Shown: positions 27,195 through 34,224 of the stretch, piece after piece
Position numbering within the stretch: the stretch's first letter is position 1
Layout of the letters: every line of letters begins with the position of its first letter
DNA from: a virus
Taxonomy: Duplodnaviria > Caudoviricetes
DNA: 35,834 bases
Virus record (IMG/VR): IMGVR_UViG_3300046055_000057
Coordinates: 1 to 35,834 of that record
Direction: 5' to 3' (one strand)
Translations under genes and position numbers: made by a program
The notes under the pieces: model-generated
What the model was told of the DNA's origin: nothing
Databases searched by the model: none
Seen by the model: the letters and a program-made list of their open reading frames with translations, nothing else

Positions 27195-27818
27195 TCATCC
27201 GCCGCTGGAGCCGCCCGCGAAAGCTCCTCCCTTGCCCAGGATCGACGCTGCGCCCATCACGGCGTCCTGCACGCGCCTCCCCGCCGCACGCTCGTTGCGG
27301 GCCCGGCGCTCCAGGTCGCGCAGCGCGAGCGCGTTGAGATTTTCGCGCTGCCGGAGCATCCCGCGCCGCGCCCCGCGCCGCTGCTGCTGAAGGTGCTGCT
27401 GCGCGCTCCCCGCCAGCTCGCGGAGGCCGCTCCCCAGCTCGCGCTGCCGCCGGGCCGCCTGCGCCATCTCGTACTCGCTCCCGGCCGCGCCCCGACGCAC
27501 CGCCGACGCCGCGTCGGCCCGGCGCTGGCGCTCCTGCTGCTCACGCAGCGCGCCCGCGCCCGCCTCGAAAAAGGGACTCTCCGTCGCGGTCTGGTCCCGC
27601 GCGTCGCTATACTTCCCACGCAGCATCGAGAGGAGGTTCTGGTTTTTGGCGGCGAGTTCTTGGCGACGCTTCTGCTCTTCGTCCTCGCCGCCGCCGCCGA
27701 GCGCCCCGGCGATGCCACCGATCACCGCGCCGCCAGCGATGCCCCAAGGGGTGCCGGTCGCACTGCCCGCCGCCGCTCCGCTCGCCGCTCCGCTCAGTCC
27801 GCCTTGCCAGTCTACCAT
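27195..27818 (-). CDS. Putative DNA pilot/ejection protein (207 aa)
   Basis: N-terminal glycine zipper GAASGAAAGSATGTPWGIAGGAVIGGIAGALGG plus Gln/Arg-rich helices, typical of podovirus ejected proteins. Confidence 0.7.
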   Translation of the reverse strand: MVDWQGGLSGAASGAAAGSATGTPWGIAGGAVIGGIAGALGGGGEDEEQKRRQELAAKNQNLLSMLRGKYSDARDQTATESPFFEAGAGALREQQERQRRADAASAVRRGAAGSEYEMAQAARRQRELGSGLRELAGSAQQHLQQQRRGARRGMLRQRENLNALALRDLERRARNERAAGRRVQDAVMGAASILGKGGAFAGGSSGG

Positions 27819-27912
27819 GCCGATACGGTGTGTCAGGTGGAGTCAAGCCGATACGCCCGGGCCGCGCCTCGCCGCGATACAGCTCGAGGGCGCGCCCGTA
27901 CACGTCAGGGTA

Positions 27913-27928
27913 TGACACGCGAGTGTCA
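27913..27928. promoter_or_regulatory. Palindrome TGACAC-GCGA-GTGTCA upstream of the ejection/terminase module
   Basis: Perfect 6-bp inverted repeat about 95 bp upstream of ATG 27818; shares its core with 15973-15988. Confidence 0.5.
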
Positions 27929-28001
27929 CATGCAAGATCCTTCCGCCGCCTCACTCCTTTTTGTGGACGATGAGTGAAGAAAAAGTAAAACCCCATGCTT
28001 T

Positions 28002-28042
28002 TCCGCGTGAGCGGAAACTCCGCGTGTGCGGAGTGGTTGACG
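28002..28042. promoter_or_regulatory. Two tandem palindromes TCCGC-GTG(A/T)-GCGGA next to a TTGACG hexamer (candidate operators)
   Basis: Copies at 28002-28015 and 28019-28032, and TTGACG at 28037-28042, in the divergent intergenic region. Confidence 0.55.
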
Positions 28043-28100
28043 AGGGTGAAGCGAGGGAAGAAAAGACCTCGCGGGCCGAAAGGCCACCCGCCCTCACTTT

Positions 28101-28116
28101 CCGATCAAGCACATCC
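28101..28116 (+). repeat. 16-bp leader repeat CCGATCAAGCACATCC, copy 1
   Basis: Exact second copy at 29673-29688; both lie in 5' leaders. Confidence 0.9.
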
Positions 28117-28124
28117 CCAAGACC

Positions 28125-28925
28125 ATGAGTACCGATCTCACAAAAGCCGAAAAGCACGACCGTGATCTCCACGCCGCTCTTGAAGCGAGCCTGTGGCACG
28201 CCAAAGGCTTCTGGGACGAAAGCGTCGTCGAAGACGAGCATGTCTCCGGCGGCGAGCGCGTGAGCAAAAAAGGCTTGCGCAAGAAGACCATCTGCCGCAC
28301 GCGCTCCACCGTCACCGGCGAAGACGCCTACGTCGTCCACGCGGGCAACGCGCGCTATCTCTACGCGGACAAAGAGACGGTCCGCACCGCCTTCGAGCGG
28401 TGGGGCTTGCCGGATGACCCCGAGCGCTACATCCAGGGCGGCAGCGAAGACAAAGGCTGGACCACAGTGAAGTACAGCGCGGCCACCGCAGGCACCACGA
28501 GCTCGCAGTACGCCGCGTGGGTCGCCAGGGAGACCGGTCAAGACGTGGACTGGGGATACGGCCCCACCGGTGACGGGCCCGACCTTGACGAGGTGCTCGC
28601 CCGCGACGTCGAAGACGAAGTGCGCCCGACGAAGGAGGAAGGCGAGAGCATCGCCCGCCGCGTGACCGAGCGCCTCCGCGACGAGACCGGCATCAAGCAC
28701 AGCGACTTCCGCGTCAAGTACAGCGGGAGCTACCACAGCGAGGGATACCGCGTGCGCGCTGGCGCGGCGTCCTTCGGTGGGGCAAAGGTCACCGACGACG
28801 AGGAGACCGTCTTCGAGAAGTGCCTTTCCGTCGCTGAAGCGCAGAAGGGCGCCATTGCCTTCTACGCTGGCCCCAGCGACGCGCGCGGATCGACGGGCGA
28901 GCCGTACTTTCAGGAAGAGGGCTGA
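28125..28925 (+). CDS. Hypothetical accessory protein (266 aa)
   Basis: ATG after a C/A-rich leader, acidic composition, followed by a terminator. Confidence 0.8.
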   Translation: MSTDLTKAEKHDRDLHAALEASLWHAKGFWDESVVEDEHVSGGERVSKKGLRKKTICRTRSTVTGEDAYVVHAGNARYLYADKETVRTAFERWGLPDDPERYIQGGSEDKGWTTVKYSAATAGTTSSQYAAWVARETGQDVDWGYGPTGDGPDLDEVLARDVEDEVRPTKEEGESIARRVTERLRDETGIKHSDFRVKYSGSYHSEGYRVRAGAASFGGAKVTDDEETVFEKCLSVAEAQKGAIAFYAGPSDARGSTGEPYFQEEG

Positions 28926-28949
28926 TCCCCCTTTCTCGGGATCTCCGAT

Positions 28950-28978
28950 GGCGCGCAGGCGGGTGCGCCTTTCTTTTT
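28950..28978 (+). terminator. Intrinsic terminator
   Basis: GGCGC..GCGCC stem followed by TTTCTTTTT. Confidence 0.6.
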
Positions 28979-29005
28979 CCTTTGACCCTACACCCCCACG
29001 ATATC

Positions 29006-29599
29006 ATGAGCAAGCTGAAGCAGACCACCAAAGAGCACTTCGAGCAGATCCGCGACGCCGACGGGCAAGAGACGCTGTCCGTCGAAATCGAAAGCGAGAC
29101 GCGCACGCACTTCCTCGGCCGCGAAGGCGAGCCCGTCGCAACAAAGATCTACGAGCGCGGCGAGGGCATGAGGTACTACGTCCGTGCCTTTTTCGAGAGC
29201 GAGGCCGAGCGCGAGGCGTACATCCAGATGTACGGCGAGATGCCCGAGGAATCGGTGCGACAGGCTCGCGAGACCAAAGACAAAAAGCGCCGCACTGCTC
29301 ACCAGCTGACGCGCGTCTTGCGCCGCCTCTGGGAAGAAGGCGAGATCGAAGAGTACGGGCCGGCCGGCTTGAACGGCTGGAGCATCGTCGCGCACGTCAC
29401 CGAAGCTGACGGCACGAAGGGTTTCTGGCAGGAGCAGTTGCTGATCGGCAAGGCTGACCGGCACGTCCCCGACTGGCGCGACCTGCCTGACCACCGCCCG
29501 CTGGCGCGCCATCGCACCTCGCGCGGACGGCTCACCAGAACGTCCAGCGCGGGCGAGCGCCGCGAAGACCCCGACCCGAATGCCGCGCTCCCGTACTGA
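29006..29599 (+). CDS. Hypothetical accessory protein (197 aa)
   Basis: Start re-called at ATG 29006 (MSKLKQTTKEHF) after a C/A-rich leader. Confidence 0.75.
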   Translation: MSKLKQTTKEHFEQIRDADGQETLSVEIESETRTHFLGREGEPVATKIYERGEGMRYYVRAFFESEAEREAYIQMYGEMPEESVRQARETKDKKRRTAHQLTRVLRRLWEEGEIEEYGPAGLNGWSIVAHVTEADGTKGFWQEQLLIGKADRHVPDWRDLPDHRPLARHRTSRGRLTRTSSAGERREDPDPNAALPY

Positions 29600-29613
29600 C
29601 TCCGCCGGCATAC

Positions 29614-29668
29614 AAAAAGCCCCGCCGACACCGCGTGTCGAGACACCGGCCCGTCGGCGGGGCTTCTT
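29614..29668. terminator. Long hairpin, probable bidirectional terminator
   Basis: AAGCCCCGCCGAC/GTCGGCGGGGCTT stem with an A run before and TTCTT after. Confidence 0.65.
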
Positions 29669-29672
29669 CGTG

Positions 29673-29688
29673 CCGATCAAGCACATCC
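29673..29688 (+). repeat. 16-bp leader repeat CCGATCAAGCACATCC, copy 2
   Basis: Identical to 28101-28116. Confidence 0.9.
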
Positions 29689-29718
29689 TCTCTCACGCCG
29701 AAGACTCCCCACAGATCC

Positions 29719-30129
29719 ATGAAAGACGCCCCCACGAAAGACGACACCGACCGCACGCTGCATGGCCGTCTCTGGACGGACCTGCGTCCCGAAGAGGAGC
29801 GCTGGCTCGAAAGCGCCTGCGGCGAGGACCTCACGCCGCAGCAGCTGACGCGCGCCCTCTATCTCCTGGCGAGCGAAGATGAAGAGATCGCCGACCGTGC
29901 CCGCGAGATCGCCCGCAAAGGAAGGCGCCTAGGCGCCGGCCGCAAAAGGCGACGCGGCGTCTTGGACGAAGACGACGTGCGGGAGGCCATTGGCGAAGAA
30001 GGATCGCTTTCCGGCGCCGCTCGCGTGCTCGGCGCGCATCGCTCGTCGATACGCTACGTTTGCGCTGAGCGCGGCATCCACGTCCCCAGCATGGGGCGCG
30101 TGCCCGAGCAGTTGGAGAAGTACAAGTGA
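29719..30129 (+). CDS. DNA-binding protein with C-terminal Fis-type HTH (136 aa)
   Basis: Start re-called at ATG 29719; motif VREAIGEEGSLSGAARVLGAHRSSIRYVC. Confidence 0.7.
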   Translation: MKDAPTKDDTDRTLHGRLWTDLRPEEERWLESACGEDLTPQQLTRALYLLASEDEEIADRAREIARKGRRLGAGRKRRRGVLDEDDVREAIGEEGSLSGAARVLGAHRSSIRYVCAERGIHVPSMGRVPEQLEKYK

Positions 30130-30155
30130 GAGAGAAGCATGAAGAAAACGTAAAT

Positions 30156-30188
30156 GAGGTATTGAAAGGAACAGCGAGGTATTGAAAG
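30156..30188. repeat. Direct repeat GAGGTATTGAAAG x2 with a 20-bp period in an AT-rich intergenic region
   Basis: Copies at 30156-30168 and 30176-30188. Confidence 0.85.
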
Positions 30189-30250
30189 CGTGTACTCTCA
30201 TGAAGCGACGGAAGAAATCGCACACTCTCTCACAAACCACCGCACACGAC

Positions 30251-30631
30251 ATGGATAAGCTCTTTCACGAGATCCGCAAGCGCGCGACGGATAACCTCCG
30301 CTCCGTTGAATGGAACGGCAACCGCCTCGGGGAAATCCTTCACCCTGAGCTCCTTCACGAAACGGCTGAGGCAATCGCAAAGGCAGCGACTGAGGAGCAG
30401 GCTGAGTTCGCTGAAGATTACCGCGGAGACGAAGACACTTTCATCTCGACTGCTACTTACGAGCAGGTATGCAAGGTCGCAGGGATCGCCTACCAGCCTG
30501 CGAGGGACAAGCGCGGCCCACTCCACGACCGCCTATCCGATGATCTCACTACTCGCTTTCATGAGGCCGTCAGGACAGAGCTGAAAAGTGCCGCCAAGCA
30601 CGCTCGCAACGCATATCTGGGAAATGCCTAA
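30251..30631 (+). CDS. Hypothetical helical protein (126 aa), lower GC
   Basis: Start re-called at ATG 30251 (MDKLFHEIRK) after a CACACTCTCTCACA leader. Confidence 0.75.
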   Translation: MDKLFHEIRKRATDNLRSVEWNGNRLGEILHPELLHETAEAIAKAATEEQAEFAEDYRGDEDTFISTATYEQVCKVAGIAYQPARDKRGPLHDRLSDDLTTRFHEAVRTELKSAAKHARNAYLGNA

Positions 30632-30641
30632 ACACGAAACC

Positions 30642-30688
30642 GCCCCGCCTGGACGGAAGACGCGGAGGTTCGATCCCTCCGCCGGGGC
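30642..30688 (+). ncRNA. tRNA-like T-arm/minihelix element (not a full tRNA)
   Basis: GCGGAGG-TTCGATC-CCTCCGC hairpin with a canonical T-loop, stacked on a GCCCCG/CGGGGC stem; no D arm or anticodon arm. Confidence 0.5.
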
Positions 30689-30728
30689 CTGCACTCGCGC
30701 ACTCCCTCACTCAACCACACCCAGCACA

Positions 30729-31148
30729 ATGGCTACCCCGACCTCCTCCTACGCCGAGCGCAATGTCGTCCTCTCCACGCTCAACCCGCAGCGCGGGAAG
30801 AAAGTAATGAGCCGAGACCAGACCAACACCGCCTCGGACGATATTTACACGCAGACCTATGCGGTCAACGCCGAGCGCTACACGCGCGACGAGTGGCTGC
30901 ACAAATCGGGTCCCGCTTCCGTCAGACACCAGATGGAAAAATGGCTCGCCAGCGAGGCAGTGAATCCTTACAACGACGACGTGCCAGCGCGCCTTTTCGA
31001 TCGCATCGAGCGCTCCGACCACGCCGCGAGCCTTTCCGCGCAGGGGCGCCGCGTATATGGCGTGAGCGACGACGACGTACTCACCTTCGCGGAAGTCGAA
31101 GAGCTCTTCTGGGAGCACTATCCGGAAGATGTACTCGACGCCGCGTGA
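30729..31148 (+). CDS. Hypothetical accessory protein (139 aa)
   Basis: Start re-called at ATG 30729 after a C/A-rich leader; acidic C-terminus. Confidence 0.72.
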   Translation: MATPTSSYAERNVVLSTLNPQRGKKVMSRDQTNTASDDIYTQTYAVNAERYTRDEWLHKSGPASVRHQMEKWLASEAVNPYNDDVPARLFDRIERSDHAASLSAQGRRVYGVSDDDVLTFAEVEELFWEHYPEDVLDAA

Positions 31149-31161
31149 GACGTCGGCCAGC

Positions 31162-31210
31162 AAAGCCCGCCAGCACCGCGCCCTTGCAGGCCGGCTTGCT
31201 GGCGGGTTTC
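31162..31210. terminator. Long hairpin, terminator-like
   Basis: AAGCCCGCCAGCA/TGCTGGCGGGTTT stem. Confidence 0.6.
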
Positions 31211-31248
31211 GTCATTCGATGACACCGCCTCAATCGTGCCTGACAGAC

Positions 31249-31560
31249 ATGAGCTCCACCAACACAAAGCCGCGCGCGGGGTCGTCTGCCCTGGCGCCCG
31301 GCATTACGCTTTTCGAAAAAACTCTGCGCGTCCACGACGACGGCTCGCGCGATACCCACCTCGTCGCGCGCGCTTCCGCGCAGATCGAAGGCACCCAGAA
31401 GACCGTCACGCGCGGCGTCGAAACGCATGGCCTCGAAGAGGCGCTGCGCCAAGTGTGCGAGTGGCGCTTCGAGCACGCGCCCTCCTCCGGCGGTTACGAG
31501 AGCGCTGGCGACCTGCTGGAGGAAGCTCTTGCCAATGTGCAGTCTGGCGAACTGGGGTGA
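31249..31560 (+). CDS. Small protein with an AP2-like DNA-binding domain (103 aa)
   Basis: Start re-called at ATG 31249. GITL..three predicted strands..GVETHGLEEALRQVCEWR resembles the AP2 'FsvkkyGxeeAxxxAxxWR' pattern. Confidence 0.5.
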   Translation: MSSTNTKPRAGSSALAPGITLFEKTLRVHDDGSRDTHLVARASAQIEGTQKTVTRGVETHGLEEALRQVCEWRFEHAPSSGGYESAGDLLEEALANVQSGELG

Positions 31561-31652
31561 GCGTCGCCTTCTCTGCAGCGATAGACCCTCGCGAAGATGC
31601 TGGTTTTGCCGGCCAAGGCGAGCAGATGCGCCGCATCTCGCCGCGAACACCG

Positions 31653-31687
31653 AGCGCCCTGCCAGAAAAGCAGGGCGCTTTTTCTTC
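31653..31687. terminator. Terminator between convergent transcription units
   Basis: AGCGCCCTGC/GCAGGGCGCT perfect stem followed by a T run. Confidence 0.75.
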
Positions 31688-31691
31688 TGTG

Positions 31692-32195
31692 TCATCGCGG
31701 GGCCAGGCGTCTGGGCCGAGTTTCGCAGGCTACGCCGTCGGCGTCGGCGTCGAGGCCGTGCGGGTCGTCGCCGGCGAGCCACGTGGAGGACTCCTCAAAC
31801 AGGCGCTGCGCCTCGGATTGAGTACCGAAGTCCGAGCAGTCCCGATCTTCGCCCGGCGCCGCGTTCCAGGCGGCGATCACGAAGAGCGCCGAGACGGTGA
31901 AGCAAAAGTGGCTGACAGGCGGCGTAAAACGACGCAGGGTGTGGTACATGACGGTTTGAAGGACGAGCGCGGCGGCGACGGCCAGCGCCACGCCCCACCA
32001 CGGGATCAGCCAGAACGACAGCACGAACACGCCGATCTCGCCGAACAGCATGAACTGGTTGGCCGGAGACGAGGGATACTTGTACTTTCGCCCGATGCGG
32101 CCCATGCCGCGATTGGTGGCAATCTCCACCCACGAGAACGCCGCCATAGCAGAGGCGAGCGCGAGCGTCACGGCGGCGAAGACGAGCCAGTTCAT
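31692..32195 (-). CDS. Membrane protein with C-terminal Excalibur Ca-binding domain (167 aa)
   Basis: About four hydrophobic segments, then [29 protein letters not shown]. Confidence 0.85.
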   Translation of the reverse strand: MNWLVFAAVTLALASAMAAFSWVEIATNRGMGRIGRKYKYPSSPANQFMLFGEIGVFVLSFWLIPWWGVALAVAAALVLQTVMYHTLRRFTPPVSHFCFTVSALFVIAAWNAAPGEDRDCSDFGTQSEAQRLFEESSTWLAGDDPHGLDADADGVACETRPRRLAPR

Positions 32196-32644
32196 TGTTG
32201 CTGGTCCTCGTTTAAGTTTTGCGTTTCTCGCTTTTCAATCAGCTGGCTGAAGAGAAAATATAGCCCTCTCTTCGAGCTGCTGCGCCAATCTTTCCAGCCG
32301 TTGCGGGCGGCAACTATCGTGCCTACCGCTGCCCCGTACAGAAATGCGTCTCCACTCCAATACCAAACCACGCCGATACCCAGAGCAGAGACTAATAATG
32401 TCGAAGCGAGAGCAAGCAAGATGTAAAGGTAGATGCGCCGGTTTTCGACTCGTCCCGTCCAGTCAAAATAGAGCGTTTTCGGTAATGCCCAGAGGAGTAC
32501 GATAGTCGTAGTAATGACGCCGTAGCTGACTGTCACGAGGCCAACAGCCCATCCGGCGCAAAGCCACAAAGCAGCAATGATCCAGTCCACGGGTGAGCAC
32601 CGAATGAGTGCATGAGTGAAAGCTGCAGAGGCAAAGTGTAGCAA
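32192..32644 (-). CDS. Multi-pass membrane protein, low GC (about 150 aa; start uncertain)
   Basis: About four TM-like segments; directly downstream of cI and ATGA-coupled to the Excalibur gene. Confidence 0.7.
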   Translation of the reverse strand: MLHFASAAFTHALIRCSPVDWIIAALWLCAGWAVGLVTVSYGVITTTIVLLWALPKTLYFDWTGRVENRRIYLYILLALASTLLVSALGIGVVWYWSGDAFLYGAAVGTIVAARNGWKDWRSSSKRGLYFLFSQLIEKRETQNLNEDQQQ

Positions 32645-32653
32645 GCAGCCTAT

Positions 32654-33601
32654 TCAAGCAACGCGCTGGCCGCCGCCAGTCTCCATCAGTGAGCCGATCA
32701 ACTCCTTCACTTGGCTGATGTGCATACGGCTCGTTTCGCGGCGGGGCCAGAAGATGCGGCCGGCGGGCCAGAAGTCGACCTGCTGGTTCGTCTTCTCGAA
32801 AATGAGGCCATTCGCCTCGTCGCCTTCCGGCGGCACCAGGTCGAAGTCTTGGTAGCCGGCGCGCTTGTTTTCGCTGATGAGGCGCACGCCCCGGCCCGGT
32901 AGCGGCTGGATGCGCTTCGCCATCAGCCGCTCGTCTACCATCACCGCGTAGTTGCCCGCACCGTCGATCTCGCGGGTCGGGTGATAGAAGAGGAGGTCTT
33001 CCTCTTCGAAGACCGGCTCCATGCTGTCGCCGGTGCAGAACATCGCGCCGATGACAGGGGGGAGGCGCACGCCCATCAGTCGCTCGAACAGCGTCGTCGG
33101 GATCGTGACCTCGATCTTTGAGCCTTCCTCGAAGATGACGCGGCCTTCGCCGCAGTCAGCTTTGGCCTCCGTGTAGATCGTGAGCGTGCGCGTGCGCTCG
33201 AAGACGCTACGCACCTCTTCCGGCGCGTTGCGCACGACGGCGGCCTGCTCTTCAACGGTTTGCGGGGGCTGGTCGGCCGCGGCGTCGGAGCGCTCTGCAA
33301 CCTCGCGCGCGCTATCACCAGCAGGAAAAGTGCGAGTTTCACCGTTTTGATCAAGAAGCATCGGGCCACTACCCGACTTTAGCCAGTCTACTGTGGTCCC
33401 TGCTGCGTCAGCTACTTTAGCTAAAGTAGATTTACTGCGATTACCCTTTGGCGCTTCTTTTCGTCTTTCGTAACGCCCAATCGTTTCCTTTGCAACCCCA
33501 GCAGCCTTCGCAAATTCCGCTTGTGTCCACTCATTTTCCCGCCGCATGTGCTCCACGCGCGCGGAGAAGAGAGGAGTGTGAACAGCCTGCAAAGTCTCCA
33601 T
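32654..33601 (-). CDS. cI: CI-like repressor: XRE HTH plus S24 autopeptidase (about 315 aa)
   Basis: HTH WTQAEFAKAAGVAKETIGRYER..VDWLKSG; ADCG putative cleavage site; catalytic GDSMEP (Ser) and MAKRI (Lys). Start re-called at ATG 33601. Confidence 0.92.
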   Translation of the reverse strand: METLQAVHTPLFSARVEHMRRENEWTQAEFAKAAGVAKETIGRYERRKEAPKGNRSKSTLAKVADAAGTTVDWLKSGSGPMLLDQNGETRTFPAGDSAREVAERSDAAADQPPQTVEEQAAVVRNAPEEVRSVFERTRTLTIYTEAKADCGEGRVIFEEGSKIEVTIPTTLFERLMGVRLPPVIGAMFCTGDSMEPVFEEEDLLFYHPTREIDGAGNYAVMVDERLMAKRIQPLPGRGVRLISENKRAGYQDFDLVPPEGDEANGLIFEKTNQQVDFWPAGRIFWPRRETSRMHISQVKELIGSLMETGGGQRVA

Positions 33602-33687
33602 TTTGGAATCTACAATAGGAACTGTTGTGGCTACTTTACGTCGCACACTATGCGCAACCATGACAAAGACTAACAAACAGCGAGAAG

Positions 33688-33888
33688 ATGAGCAACCCCG
33701 CCGACTGGAAAAAGTCCGTTTCGGTCTCGTTGCCCCCCGATCTGCTGACGCGCCTCGATGAGTGCGTGGATGCCAGTCGGCTCATCCAGAGCCGCTCTGC
33801 GCTCGCACGCATCGCGCTGGAAGACTACCTCGACCAGCGCGATGCCGAACGCGACGAAGCGCGCCGCCCCCAGCACGAGGCGGCATGA
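33688..33888 (+). CDS. Ribbon-helix-helix (CopG/Arc-like) regulator in the cro position
   Basis: SVSVSLPPDLLTRLDE..SRSALARIALEDYL; divergent from cI. Confidence 0.85.
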   Translation: MSNPADWKKSVSVSLPPDLLTRLDECVDASRLIQSRSALARIALEDYLDQRDAERDEARRPQHEAA

Positions 33889-33957
33889 CGCCCGCGCCGA
33901 AGTGTCCAATCGCGTAGACGGAACGCCGACTCGACCCTCCCCTACTCCCCCGCTACT

Positions 33958-34155
33958 ATGGCCTACCGCCACATCCGCCGCCGCGAGCACAGCAGCCTCT
34001 CGCCGCGCAAGGAAGAGAAGCTCGCCGCCGAGCTGCACCACCAGAAAGAGGACCGGTGCAGCGAGTGCGGCGGGCGCTGGGGGCAGCACCAGCAGTTTTG
34101 CTCGCAGGTGTCGCGCTCCCAGCGCCTCGCCCGCGAATACGAAGAAAGCCACTAA
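33958..34155 (+). CDS. Small protein with a putative Zn-binding CxxC-x5-H-x3-C motif (65 aa)
   Basis: CSECGGRWGQHQQFC; C-rich leader. Confidence 0.6.
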   Translation: MAYRHIRRREHSSLSPRKEEKLAAELHHQKEDRCSECGGRWGQHQQFCSQVSRSQRLAREYEESH

Positions 34156-34186
34156 AAAAAGCCCCGCCTGCACAGACAGGCGGGGC
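34154..34186 (-). terminator. Terminator hairpin with its U-tract on the minus strand
   Basis: A7 run followed by a GCCCCGCCTG/CAGGCGGGGC perfect 10-bp stem. Confidence 0.65.
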
Positions 34187-34224
34187 CTCTCACACACTCT
34201 CTCACAGACAACCCCTGCGAGAAA

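Noticed and set aside
27607-27996. 129-aa minus-strand ORF upstream of the pilot gene
   Set aside because: Overlaps 27195..27818 out of frame and crosses the putative regulatory palindrome; no motif support.
28640-28760. Weak resemblance of part of 28125..28925 to an LPD29-like domain, and of 34225..34944 to Mu GemA/gp16
   Set aside because: Too few conserved positions to support either call without a profile search.
29424-29434. Partial third match (TCTGGCAGGAG) to the scaffold/MCP leader 16-mer
   Set aside because: Lies inside a CDS, only 11 nt match and there is no enclosing stem; probably chance.
30642-30700. Complete tRNA gene
   Set aside because: About 47 nt, with no D arm, anticodon arm or CCA; kept only as a tRNA-like element.
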